Shown here piece by piece: positions 25,821 to 39,219 of a DNA stretch of 64,000 nt. The position numbers and the translations under genes were made by a program. Every line of letters starts with the position of its first letter. Position 1 is the first letter of the stretch. Source of the stretch: Hydrolagus colliei (lineage: Eukaryota); contig CM068745.1 in the NCBI GenBank assembly GCA_035084275.1, positions 38,502,001 through 38,566,000 on the forward strand. The letters are read 5' to 3'. A model generated the notes under the pieces. It searched no databases and was not told the DNA's origin. It worked only from the letters and a program-made list of their open reading frames with translations.

Positions 25821-28767
25821 CTGTCCTTCTGTCCCACCCTGCCATCCGATCTGCCCAATCCCGATTTCCATATCATGTCTGAAACATTGAGTGTGCAGCA
25901 AATTGTGACATCCTCCCAATGTGAAAGGCGGAATACAAATGTAATTTTATTGTTGTTGTTTGATCTTCTAGGATGCTCTTTCTCTTTCCTTTTGTCCTGG
26001 AATTGTTGAATAGTCCAGTATATTTACTGATTGTAGTGAGTACATCTTACTTGTGTAGACATTTCGATCATTGGAGACAAAAATCCAGATATAGCAATGC
26101 CTGAAACCATGGGGTGTAATTGTGATGTGTCATGTGTCAATTACTGACATTATCATATTGTAGAAATGTGTGACAGCTCATACCTTAATTATTGACTAGT
26201 CCCTGTGTCTGATACCCTCTTTAATTTAATTGTTATAGTTGGGACTGATATCATACATTAGACTGCTAGTTAGTGGAACACATCATTAACATGTCCTGGC
26301 TTGACTCAACCTGAAAATCATAGTTCAATGGCTGCCAACCAGCAGTCCAATGCACGGCATAGTCACGCTCAATGGCACAACTATTGTAATAAAGTCTAAG
26401 GGCAACAGACACATGGTCCAGCCAATAATGGTAGGATATTGAAGGAAAATCAGAGGTCACTGGGATTTCCAGCATCTGCAATATTTCACGTTTTATGGTA
26501 GGATACTAATTGGCTGCATTTTTCAATAATGTGTTAATGCATTATAATTTGCAATTTTCACCCCATTACCCGGAGAGGTCAATCCCACGCAGCAGCCTGC
26601 TTAATGTTTTTTATGATTGCAATAATTCGAAATCTAATGTTGCTATTTGTGTAACATGGATCATAGAAGAGGTCAAATTGTTTAGACCAAAAATAATAAA
26701 GCACAATTTACAAACATACAACCAAATTTTATTGCAATGCTGAGCATAAGGAATGCAGTGCCATTAAAATAATTTGCTACGGGTAGCAAAGTGATACTTA
26801 GTAATGAATGGTAACCCTCAACAGGGTGAAGATGTAGCATATGCTGTGCTAAATTATCAGCATTGATTGCACCCGGTTTGTGCAAATAAAAGATGGGCTG
26901 ACGGTCATATGGGCAATGGTGTGCATATGGACTAGAGGAATGTAGTTAAAATTGGATGATTTATCCTCTGTTGTTATATGCTTCTAACCGCTGACCTAAA
27001 CCCTTGGACAATTGTTAAATAAACTTCTGTAATAAATTCTATATTTATCATGCAGTGCTAACTTAGTCACTATACTGATAATGTACAAGATGCATACAAT
27101 TTGCCACCCTATCAATGGGTCCTGCCAAAGTATTGAATTGGATCAAATTCTATTCTAAGAAATTGTCTTAAAATTGACCTATTTGGATTGGATTGTACTG
27201 TTGTAATTTATTTCAATTTTTAAGGAAACCTTCAATAAATTCCTCTCAATTTATCCAACCTGTCAGCAATAAGGGAGCCCCAATAAGGGATTTATTAGGA
27301 AATCTTGTTAAAAGTCAAGATGTAATGAGTTTAATTCATTTCTTTAGGTGGCAGAGGGAAACTGTCAGAGTCATTCAAAAAAGACTCAAATGAGATGCTG
27401 TAGTTCAAATGTAGTGAAAAGGGAACCCTTTTGCTGAAACACTTACAGTGTTTTTTTTAATTAATCTGAAATCCACAAATAAAATATAATGGAAACATTC
27501 TTCTGGTGAGATCATGTGAAGCAGTAATCAAGATAATGTTTCAAAACACTGTTCCACAGAGCTTAATCTGAATCTACACTTATCTTGATTCTCACAAGGT
27601 CCATTGCTCAATGAATGCTAAAATCTGCTTTCATTTTTATATCTTGATTTGGTGTCCTGTTATTCCGTAATATTAAATGAAAGTTTAAGCCTTCACAAAG
27701 CTGTAGTACAACAAAAGTGGACCATTCTAGGTCCATTATATTTTCAGGAGATCGGATATGATTGTCTAAAACAGATGCAGTGTGTTAGAATTACGATAAT
27801 ATAAGTGACTCTCAGCAATTAAAAAAATTAACATAAAGAGATATTGGAGCATGTTGAAACACTTAAAACATGTATACATTTATTTTAGTGGTTTAGGATT
27901 ATTATTATTATTACAGAAATAAATCATAATGTTAAATAGCTTTATTATTTTAATTTTACCTGAAAAGATACAAGATATTGGAAGATATTGGTTCATGGAT
28001 ACAGGAGTCGCCATAACCTTCACATCAGTCAAGTTTGACAAAATCTATTTTTATCTAGCTTTTGGTGTCCATTAAGGTCAGAGGTATCAGAATCAAAGAA
28101 TTGAAGACGTTCCATTTTGGGCATTCAATTTCAATATAAAATATTCCTTTCATCAAGTACAGCACAGCCAAGTGCAGCATTAAACTGTCTACTTTCTCTT
28201 GTAACAAAAACATTTCTATGATCTGAGAACAAAGATATGGAAGGGTATAGGGAAGAAGCAGGAACATGCGATTGCAAAAAAATAGCTCCAACAGGGAGCT
28301 GGAATAACACCATCACCATAGACTGCCTAGCATCCTGCTGTATTGAAATTTCTGTGACTAAATCTAAGTGCTTTAACCTCAAATGGGCACTCCTATTGTG
28401 AATAGTTCCATTGCTCACAATACATTTCTCAATTTGTGCTGATTTATGGACAGTTTTTGCTTGGAGCTTAAACCATCAAGGACTGAATTGAAACTGCACA
28501 AATTCATTTTGACCAGGAATCTTGGAGCCTGCAAAGGGAGAAATGTTTCATCATATCAGTCCAAGCAAGATTTCAGCTAAAGACAAATCATACTACAGTG
28601 TAAATAAATATTTTTAAATCTTAATTATTTCAAAGTTGATCACTGGACCCTAGGCACTTTAATTTAACATAGCCCATTAATATACAGGTGTCAACTATGA
28701 ATAAAACAGATTTAAGAAATATATACTGTATTTAACAGTCCTTAGAACACACACTAAGTGGTATTCA

Positions 28768-29051
28768 TGTGCTGCACAGAAACTCAAGACTAACCTTATC
28801 CCAGACTGTTCTCAGATCTGCCAGATGTATAATCTGCTGTAAATGCAAGAGACTATTGACTCAGTGGTGGCCTGGAGATAATAACATTGGAATAGGAGAT
28901 AGACTGTGACAAGGAATCAAACAACAGATCATAAGGACAATGGAGTTGCGACAGTCAGGATCTAGGTCAAGGATACATCTAGTTGTTTGTGTTAGTTTAT
29001 ATTTGTATCCAGATAATAAATCGTAGAACTGATGTCAAAAGACTTTTAACA
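28768..29051 (+). mobile_element. Possible solo LTR
   Basis: TG...TAACA ends, AATAAA about 30 bp before the 3' end, near-TSD ATTCA/TTTCA. Confidence 0.25.
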
Positions 29052-29569
29052 TTTCATATGAAATAGGTCATTGAGGGTGGGCTCCGCCTCACTGAAAAAC
29101 AGCAGCAACTGAGTGCCAGGCACAGCATTTGTCTTTAACAAATACTTTGTTCTTGTTCTCCTTGGTGGGCTGGCTGGCTGCTGTTTGTGGGAAGGCACAT
29201 GTGTTTCAATTCAGTGCACAGCAGATTGCTCACTGCAACAACAGTCAGACCCACCAGGGCTCTCTCGCTCACTGTGCTCTTTCTGCAGCCTTGGCAGCAC
29301 TGCCCACTGCAACCTTCTCCATCTACTTGACAATAGCAGGAAATAAGATGCTTGTGTTTTAATATATAATTGTTTTGTGTCCCAATAAACCATTTACCAG
29401 AGCATTAACGATTTGGGAAATTGCTGAGAGTTCCTGTAAAATATTTAGTTTCTTAGAGCAACATTGCTATAAAAATATAAAATTGTTGGTGTTTTACCAC
29501 ATTATAATTTCTGTATAATTTTATTGCACATGTTTTGTATAGCTCCCAGATAGAATGGCCATCAGATTG

Positions 29570-29975
29570 TCTCGGTTGGTAGCATTCCTGACTCTGAGTC
29601 AGAAGGTTGTGAGTTCAAGCCCCACATTGGCTCATAGTCTAGGCTGACTAGGGAAGTGCTGCTTTGAATGAGAGGTTAAACCAAGGTCTTGTCTCCCAGA
29701 TAGACATCAAACATCCCAAGGCACTTGTTGAAAAGAGGCACTATTTGAAAAGAGAATGGAGATTCTCCCAGTCTTGTGACCAATAATCCACCAGATAAAA
29801 TTGGTCATTCAATACAACATACTCATTACAACAACCTTTTGGTACATTACTGTGTTCTTCTACAAAATACACAGTTGCTAACCTTAATTGACAATGCTGT
29901 GAAGCATATTTTGATATCCTCTCAAGGGAAAAGATAGTACATTAAATATAAAAATTATATCAAATTCAAGGATTA
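29570..29975 (+). mobile_element. SacSINE1-like DeuSINE
   Basis: GGTAGCATTCCTGACTCTGAGTCAGAAGGTTGTGAGTTCAAGCCCCAC head plus Deu domain. Confidence 0.75.
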
Positions 29976-30034
29976 GTAATATTACAATTATAATGAGATC
30001 ATTCAGTTTACTTATTTACTCTAGTTTGTTCTGG

Positions 30035-30320
30035 TACAACAAAATTACATTTGTGTAACGCCTTTCATGTCAGGAGCATGACTGCTCTGAGATGCCGTCT
30101 GACGTGGAGGGCACTATATAAATTGAAGTTGTTGTTGTTGTTGTCCCAACGAGTTGACAATCAGTGTTTTGGATCCAAGATGGGGGTCAGGTCGGGGAGG
30201 ATGGAGGGCAGGATGGAGTTCCAGAGGGTGGGGCAGAGTGGCTGAAGGCCCACCGAAGGTGGGGCAGGGGCATATGAAGCAGACCAAAGCCCGCTAAGCG
30301 GAGGGAGCAGGTAGGTTTTG
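30035..30320. mobile_element. Cluster of L2 tail fragments in both orientations
   Basis: Antisense tail 30035-30080, sense tail of the second type 30085-30143, antisense L2 3' piece (LCPTLWNSILP) to 30320. Confidence 0.7.
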
Positions 30321-32050
30321 TTACATCTGTAACTGACCATCAAAGTTGCAATAAAATATGTAGCTCATACATTCCAAGGAGATATTCATGGGGAAAACTG
30401 TTTTACAAGATATTAGGATTAAATACATATTGGGACTAAATTTGTGATAATTCCTTAACGTGATCCTTAAGTTAAATAACTCTGGTAGCACTGAGTCCTT
30501 GATGATGATTGTAAAATTTAAAATTATATTTTTGAGGAAGTAGTTTGTGTGATTTTTACCATTCCCCTAAAAGTACAGCCTGCAATCAAAAATATAACTC
30601 TCTAAGGGCTAAGAAAAAACAAAAATCTCTGATGTCTTGCTTCAGGCTGGAATCCAAGATAGCAGTGGATCAGTGTGAAAATCGCACATTCAGGATAGGA
30701 GGCAAGGAGGATGCCACCTGTGACCAGTGAATGTATTTGGTTTAAGGAAGGAGCTGAGACGACATTATTTTTGCAGTTATCTTTATAGTTAGAGGTGTTA
30801 ATCAACACTGGCGATAACAAACACTGGCAATAATTAGTGAAGGAACATGACTCTATGTACTGGGTATTTAAACGTACATATCAAGGGTGAATAAACAAAG
30901 GCGTGATTGTGTTGTTGTCAATTTTAAAGCAATAAATAGAAAACCACACATTAAATGTGTTTAAGGCTGCAGATATAGAATCTGTATACACAAAGCAGGG
31001 CTCAGCGTGATATTCACCTGATTTATATGATTGACTTGTTCCCAGTTATTCCAGGAATTTAGGGTCTTTTCCATTGAATTGCATTGCAGTGAATCTCATG
31101 CAATAAAACTAATTTCAAACCAATGGAGTGTCTTAACGAGTTAATTTTAACATTTAAGTTCATCCAAGAGCCATAATACTAACTATGGAGCATGGGATAT
31201 TTTACTGCACAGTGGAGAAGAATCAAAACTATAGAGCATGTTCCAACCAACTGCAAATTTTAATGGAGACTTTGATGTGGCAGGAGGTGACCCACTAATT
31301 CAATGTGGAATCAGGATCATGAGGAGGGGAGGGGGAAGAAACTTTCTAAAGTAGGGATTTTTAATTGCAGTGAAAAAAATCTCGGCAAATATATACACAT
31401 TACAGCCAGCTCCAATATTAAACATTAGGAATTCTGCAATTATTTGAAAGAAAAAGTGTTTGAAACTTAGGGAATGCAGATGTTAGAGTAGATTGGTAGG
31501 TGGTTTCTCAGTATGTCATTTCATGATTTGCAATATGGTATTGTACCATCTCCTATTACAGTGACTGTACATAAGCATTGGATAGTAATTGCAATGACAA
31601 TTTTGAATTTGTGCTACGAAATTGCAACATTGCAATGTAAGTTATGAATGGATATGTGCTCACTTATACTCATAATGTGCCATCTGCTCTCTTCACAGAA
31701 AAAAAGGAGAATCCAAGTCTGCTATTTCACAGGAGTACTACACATTTAAGTACTGTATCTAATGTTATCATCCCCACTTGAAGCAACCACCAACTCAGAA
31801 ATATGCTCTGGGGGAGATTGAAGCATGCTCAGGGATTTGAACAATGAAGTTTGAGTGCAGTTATGGAGGATATAGAGAGGGCAGCCAACCAAGAGCACAG
31901 GTTCAGCTTCTGAACACCTCAACAAAAGAGCTCAATGAATCTAGTTCAAATGGAAACTTGGGCTACCGAACAGTAAAATGGAGGTGTAATTTGCCTCCAT
32001 TCCCACCTTGCTCTTCCATGCTTTACCAGCTCAAAATGAATATGAATATA

Positions 32051-32766
32051 CAGTTAACCCTCACCGAACACGGGGGTTAGGTTCCTGGAAAACTACACAC
32101 TCAATAAAATCGAGTTAGATAAGCTTAACAAATAATGGGAAAAGGGGGTTTAGGGGAATCCAGCCATAGGCTACCCGCCTCAAGCCTCCAGGCGCATCCA
32201 CACCCGACCAATGTAAGGTACGTACTGAGGTGGGCTACAGCCAGCTGGCCCGCTCTCCCTGCTTTCCCCGTGCTCCCCGCTCTCCCTGTTCTCACTGCTC
32301 TCCCTGCTCTCCCTGCTCTTGTCGCTCTCCCTGCTATCGTCGCTCTCGTCGCTCTCCCTGTTCTCCCAGTTCTCTTCACTCTTGTCTCTCTCCGCGCTCT
32401 CGTCACTCTCCCCATTCTCCCTGCTCTCGTCGCTCTCCCTGCTTTCATAACAGTCCGAGGCCGAGGAATCATCGGCCTCAAACTCCATCTAAGTGGATGC
32501 TTGGGGAGAGGCAGAAGTGGATGGCCAAGAAGATGCAGCAGCAGGTAAGTTTTCAGTGGATGACTGCTGAGACAAACAGGCAAGTTGAAAGAAGTAAGTG
32601 ATTTTCCGTTGACTTCCCGGTATCCTCGCAAGTGCGCATGAGCGCAAGGCCAGCCAGGGCGTAGACGCAAGTTGTATGCGCATTACGCAAAAAAGTGATG
32701 GATTATTTTTCTTCACGTATAGTTGAATTCGCAATCGAGAAAGTCACATTCGCCGAGGGTTAACTG
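32051..32766 (-). mobile_element. Non-autonomous Tigger/pogo (Tc1-mariner superfamily) element
   Basis: TIRs CAGTTAACCCTC / GAGGGTTAACTG, TA on both sides; CpG-rich interior with a 9-bp tandem repeat. Confidence 0.9.
32250..32445. repeat. 9-bp minisatellite (GCTCTCCCT / GCTCTCGTC variants) inside the Tigger element
   Basis: About 20 degenerate 9-mers read directly; they give the ESR/ESD, RAG and ALP repeats seen in the overlapping ORFs. Confidence 0.85.
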
Positions 32767-33720
32767 TACAGCACATTTTTTCCACATAAATGGTTATCCA
32801 CATTGGGGATATTCCATTACACTTTACTCCTTGCTGGTCTCCAGATTGCATCTGAAGATCTTACTCTTTGAATGTGCCTAAAGTAATCTCTCTTCTCTCC
32901 CCTGGTTCAGTGACAATCTCTGATTTGAATTTTAACACAGTATTGTATAACATTCGAGCTATTGTTATTGTTCTACATAGAACATTCATAGAGATCGAAT
33001 ATCTCTCGTGAATACTCCCACTTCTGCTAAGGTGTCTTTAGGGACTCTATCCTGGACATAGGAAGGACAACCTTTAACTCCCTTAGATAACAATGGGAGG
33101 CAACCATATTGGAAGATTAGAGAACCGTCTTACTTGTGCACATTTTTAATGATACACATTAATATACATTAATAATAATCCTTGCATAATCCTGGAGCAC
33201 CTTATCACATCTTTGAGATGTCTGAAAGTGCTTCACAGAATATACTGTAAAGTGAATTGATTGTATATTTTATGGGTGCTATATCAAATGCAAGTATCAT
33301 TATTACAGTGTTTATATTTATTTCCCAACTTTCTCGACTGGTTTTGAGAGGATCCGAACATTTTGACACGTTATATTTTGTATTTTTTCAGCTTATGGAA
33401 AAAAGAAGCAAATAAAATGTCAGTAAGTGCACAGTCTTTTTCTGAAACATAATCCAATAATCCAGAACTAATATGTTTTTCAGAATTTTGATGTTGTCTT
33501 TGAAAATAACAGGTTTGTGTCATGGGAGTAAATTTTTATACCTAATTAGATTAATGAACAAACTAATTAACCTTAGAACTAATTAGTCTAATGAACATCC
33601 GAATCCTACAAAGACGAGTATCTCAGCAGTCACTGAAGGGATTAGCAGCAAAATCAAAATAAATATAACATTAAGAGCCCCCACACATGAGCAAATTACG
33701 AAACACCATGGATAACTCAC

Positions 33721-33805
33721 CAAGAGACTGATGCTTGTATAATGAAGAACCATATTTAAAATTGTGAAGGTACTCCACACAGGTGAAACCGAACACCGGA
33801 GATGC
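33721..33805 (-). CDS. Candidate 85-nt internal exon of an unidentified host gene
   Basis: Minus strand: ...ttattttgatccacctttag|GCATCTCCGGTGTTCGG...CTCTTG|gtgagt; two frames open (ASPVFGFTCVEYLHNFKYGSSLYKHQSL or HLRCSVSPVWSTFTILNMVLHYTSISLL); CpGs retained; no recognised homology. Confidence 0.35.
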
Positions 33806-34254
33806 CTAAAGGTGGATCAAAATAAGCACAACAATTTTTACTGGTCCTCATATCTTTACCAAGTTCCTTCAAACACTGAGCTCATAAACTGTTACACCAT
33901 ATGAAAAACAAAACAAGATAAGCAAACATTGACACATGCCCTCAAGTGCATGAGTTCAACTATGTTCTAAAAAAAAGACCATAACATGAACAAACACATT
34001 TTAGAGTTGTAAGAATGTTATACCACCCAAGAAAGACAAGGAAACAATGGAACAAATAAATAACTGCAGCACAAATCCTCCAAATGGGGACACTGAATCA
34101 GATCAAAGAATAACACACACAAAAATAATTAAAATCTTCTTTTGATTTAATGTCCTTTGGGGGGGCCACTTCTGTAACAGTTTCTAACAGTTTAACAGCC
34201 TGTTCAAAAGAATATTTACTCGATAAATAGCCATTGTTTCCAATGATGATACAT

Positions 34255-34590
34255 TTCAGTTAATTCACTTTACACTATATTCTGTGAAGCACTTTGAGAC
34301 GTTTGGAAGATGTGAAAATTGCTATATCAAATGCAAGGATTATTATTACTAATTCTGGAGAAGCTCTGCATTGTGCAGTAATAACAATAATAATCCTTGA
34401 ATTTGATATAGCGCTTTTCATATTTTATCAACGTCTCAAAATGCTTCACAGATTATACTGTAAAGTGAATTGACTGTATATTTGTGGGCGAAACGCGGCA
34501 GCCAATTGCGCCAGTTTCGCCCTGACCTGCCTGGATACAAACACAGGTCTCACACTTGTTAGGCGAGTGGTCTAACAACTGAGCTACACT
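34255..34590. mobile_element. Tail-to-tail SINE pair (+ tail 34255-34350, - copy 34380-34590)
   Basis: SINE 3' end on +, then its reverse complement about 30 bp downstream. Confidence 0.8.
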
Positions 34591-35930
34591 GGCACCACAG
34601 AAAACAAACCACTAATCCCAAACTTTATATGTGTTCTCAGGAAATTATACAGATAATAACACTCATGATGTAATCTTGATGTAATCAAGATCATTGGGTT
34701 CAGTTTGTGTCATTTGTAAACCAGAAGTCACAACCAGGGCCGACAAATAATTTGTGAACATGGAAGTCTAATAAGCATTAATATTTTGTTCTTTTGTAGC
34801 TGGGACTCCTGAATTTTGACACTGTCAATATCAGGACATCAATATATTGGTGCCTATAGGTGGAATTTGTCCAGATTGCATCTGATGCTTCTTCTGGCTA
34901 CTAACCATTCCAAAATGACTGAAAGGTTCATAAGTAATAAATGATATAGAACATCTCACTGGCAAAAAGCACTTATTGAAATTGAAAGACTTTAGAACTG
35001 TAAAAGAATTTAAACTGTAAATTTTAGAACTGTAAGCCCACATTTCAAACCTTGACAGCCGCTGCTACGTTTCGCCCACAAATATACAATCAATTAATTT
35101 CATAGTACATTCTGTGAAGCACTTTGAGACATCTAGAAGGCATGAAAAGCATTATATCAAATGCAAGGATTATTATTATTTTTGACTGCATATGTATAAT
35201 ATTTGCTTAATTCATCAAAGAAACAATACAAAGCAAATATGTCAACCTTATTCCCTGTAGTCCGGCGGGACAAAACCATAAATACAGCATAAATTTCAAA
35301 TCCCTAAAACAACTCTCTTATTACAGTACCTGGGAATTGCATTAAGTGCCTTCACAAGATTCACATAAACATTTCTGGTACAAAAGGAGAACATTTAGCC
35401 CATCGAGCATGTGCCTTATGCTTATGCCTTATGTTTTGTTGTTACTATCCAAGTAATTATTCAGTTCCCTTTTGAATTATTCTATTGATATGGTCTCAAT
35501 AGCCACATGTAGCAATGAATTCTGAACTTTAACAACTCTTTGACATATTTTAATACAGGCAAAATTCATTGACGTTAGTGCAGGTTCATTATTTAACTTG
35601 ACTATTTGTGGAACACTGCTGTGCTCAATTGGCTATATTGTTTCTCCCACAAAATATGCAGTCGATTCACTTTAAAGTGTGTTCTGTAAAGCACTTTGAG
35701 ATGTCTCAACAATGTGCTAAGCCCAAGTACCAAACTGCCTGCAGCAATGCCTATATGATCAGATGGTTTGTCTGTAATATGCAAACATATTATGTGTTAA
35801 TTATTTGACAAATACAATACAGAGACTAGTGAACACAGAGCTCATCAGACAGGAGAAGGCAAAAATAAAATTCCCAGAAATCACCTGGCTTGAAATTCTA
35901 CCACATCTAAATTTGGAAGAACACTTTTTG

Positions 35931-36075
35931 TAAAATCTAAGTTGATGCAGAGTTATGGAAAATTCTAAATTCAGTCTTAATTTGAAAGCCTGCCTTCCAT
36001 AGTTCTTTCTAAAAAAGTTTTCAAATTAAAACCAAATTTAAGAATTTTCCACAAATTTGCATCAGCTCACATTTT
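35931..36075. repeat. Imperfect foldback palindrome (about 57-bp arms)
   Basis: GTTGATGCAGAGTTATGGAAAATTCTAAATTCAGTCTTAATTTGAAA pairs with TTTCAAATTAAAACCAAATTTAAGAATTTTCCACAAATTTGCATCAGC; about 30-nt spacer. Confidence 0.75.
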
Positions 36076-38749
36076 GAGCTATAATGTTCTTCTATCATTG
36101 GATTTTGGCCCAATAATTCAATATTCATAATGTCATATATAATCGCATTTCCAATTTAATCCTGAATTCATTTGGGGACATTTATCATACAAAAATGGCC
36201 ACTGCTTAACAACTCCTGTATAATGTATTGTTTCTTTTAGACATAAATGTGTTTTGCTGTTATTAGCAGCATTTGTTTGTGTTTGCTTTTCCAAGACGTT
36301 CTCTGGGACATTTCTAAAATATAAATGTTTTCCCCTAACACCAATGGACTCATGTTAATTGAGTCAAATTAATTGATGAATGTTCAGGTTTAGATCAAGG
36401 TAAATTTCACACAACATGCAACTCTGCTGATGGATACTTGTTAGGTTTATACAAGGTCTATACTTTCATTAATATGCTGATTAGATGAATCATGTGTTTC
36501 TCGGGGAGAGGTTTTGAAAAATATATTGATCTTCTAAATAATATTTATTCAAACATTGCTGCCTAAAACTGAAAATATGCCTAAACCAATACAAAGGTTA
36601 CATTAACATGAGGATACAGCGTTGGTAGCCAATTTCCTCTAGGAGAAGTAGCTTAAAACCTTTTTCACAGGGACTGCAGCTGGTTCATTTACCACAGGCG
36701 AGAAAATTCAGCAAATAAGTAGCAATTGGTTTAAATATTTATCATGTATTCAGGTTGGTAACTAATTGGTTGTGACTGATGCAGGTTTTATGATTTATAG
36801 TGCATAAGTGAATCCTGCTATCATTAAATGAGTGATATTCCATAATGTTCTGTTCATAACAGATTCTATTATATTGTAATTCTACTCTTAACAAGATCAA
36901 ACAATAATCTTTCAAATGAAAACACTGAAAATCCCCAACATTTACCAGAAAAATTTAAATTGTTAGAGCTCCTCCTGGATCTGAGCCAAGACTACAATCT
37001 TGGTGTTGTGCTGAGGACATTACGCCTACGCATTCTTTCCTCCCTGCAATTTGCTTTGATTTCTATGGCAGTTCATTATGCAGTGACAGGTGCAAAGATT
37101 CACTACCATGCTTGTCACTGTACCTAACCTGGAAATGACGTGAGACTAGTGACAAACAGCATGTGCTTTTCTAACCATTTCAAACAATTTTTAAAATAAA
37201 AACAAGAATCATTCCAAATGATTCTTATAGTACACCGAGGGCTTGTAGATCAAACATTGATTTTAATGACATAACATTTATAGCACAATGCTCTCTTAAT
37301 GTGGTTAACAGCAAAATTAAGGACAAAAACACACGTCAAATCTCCTTCATAATTTTTTTAAATTATCATGCTATTATCATGTATCATCAATAATATGTTT
37401 CAGAATAACAATCAGGCTTAAAACTACAGTTTATTTTATGCCTTATCTAAGCTTTTCCCCTAACTTTCTCCTTTTTAAAAATCCTTAATATTTGCTGATT
37501 TGGAGCTGGAGAGTTACTGTATTATAAAATATATTTTCACAATCTGTCTATAATTTTGCAATTATTTCAAACTGTAAATGTTCAATAATATGAGAATGTC
37601 TTATTTGAATGTATATAGGAAATGTACTTGGTGTGCCAAGCACACAATTTAGTAGCAAAACTGTGTCATATGATTGAATAAAATAAATCTAGAAAAACTA
37701 GAAAAAGTCAAGTTACATATATATATATCCAGGTTCTTATCACCAGTAAACTAGTAAAATTATGACATTTTACTAGGAAAATGATTATCTCCCCATTGAG
37801 TTGTTTGTTTTTCAGCTCATACACTGTGCTGAAACAAATCCAAATACTGTACAGTATTACGTTACAACAACAACAATAAAATTACATTTGTATAGCAAGC
37901 ATTGCCCTAAAATTGTTTTATTTTATGTAATATGAATCCATAACCAAAATAAACATCAGAAATGTAAATACTGTACTGTAATTTAAAAAAAGGGAAAGTG
38001 TTGAGTTCGCCTGTGGCTCAGAGGTTAAGCTTGGTGAGGCAAAGCTGGGTTGATGGCAAGGCACAATAATTTGTTCCTGGGCAAGAGAAAGTAATATTTT
38101 GTTAGGATTCCAGGCTTGATCACCATCAACTGACACCTGCTAGAAAGATTATACCGGTATGTGCAATTGTGAGGAGAGCGCAGGATTGGATGAAAATGTG
38201 ATTTCTCCCTAAAATGACATAGATTGCATAAACTCAAAATTCATACTGCCACAGTTGCAAATACCCACACTTTTGCCAAAAAATACACAGTAGCAATATA
38301 TAACAGTGTATCCTGTGAAATACTTTTGAGAGATTTCAATGATGGGATGAGATGCTATATCAAATGCAAAGATTATTATTATATAAAGAGTGAAACTTTG
38401 GTATTATATTGGACTATATTGACTTTCTATTCTCTCTTTTGTTGCTTTCATTATGTGCCCTATTTGATTTGTTTGATCTAATTCATCCTATATTTCTACT
38501 TTTAAGTTTAAATGTTCTGTTTTGTCCCCTCTCATGATTTCTACACTCCACCTTGATTGGAGGGTTTGTTTTTATAAAGATGATTATTTCAGCCTTTTTT
38601 AAGAGTTGCAGTAAATTGTTTTCTAAAGTAAAATTGATCAAAAGAATTTTCAAAAAATCAAGGCAATCTTTAAACTTTAATACAAAATAGTCTCCCAAAC
38701 TAAGACAAAAACTACTGTAACGGGAAAACTGTCATTTCTCTGCTTTTGT

Positions 38750-39172
38750 GCATTAATCTTTGAATTTGATATAGTAGCTTTCATGCCAGGAGAGCATCTC
38801 AAAGTGCTCCACATGACATACTGCAAACTGTAGGAACCATGTATTTTATGAGGCAAATGCCTCAACTATTTTGCCAAATCAATGTCTCAGCCAAGAAGCC
38901 ATGAAGTGAATAAAATATATTCGGGGTGTTATTGTCTAAGACATCAAGAGAAACTCTCTTCCCTTTTTCTCTTTTCAAGTAGAACCATGGTATTTTTAAT
39001 AACCACCCAAACTGACATACAACATCTTCCAAGCATCAGCTCCTCCACACCCCCAGTGTATTAGAGTGTCTGCATAGACCTATAGTTCCTATAGTTCCAA
39101 GTCCCAACATGGGGCTTGAACCTACAATGTTCTGATTCAGAAGCAGGGGTGCTATCAACTGAGCCAGGTTGA
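38750..39172 (-). mobile_element. SacSINE1-like DeuSINE, degraded
   Basis: Ends GGGGCTTGAACCTACAATGTTCTGATTCAGAAGCAGGGGTGCTATCAACTGAGCCA, the reverse of the SacSINE head. Confidence 0.7.
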
Positions 39173-39219
39173 CATATAATTAGAGGTGGTCAGGAAAATG
39201 GTGGTGAAAAATTGTATTG

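Noticed and set aside
33392-33422. 31-nt plus-strand exon with a good acceptor and gtaagt donor
   Set aside because: Short, no recognisable peptide and no partner exons; not distinguishable from chance in AT-rich DNA.
37080-37122. miRNA-like hairpin (GCAGTGACAGG...CTTGTCACTGT)
   Set aside because: The stem is only about 11 bp and I recognise no miRNA family sequence.
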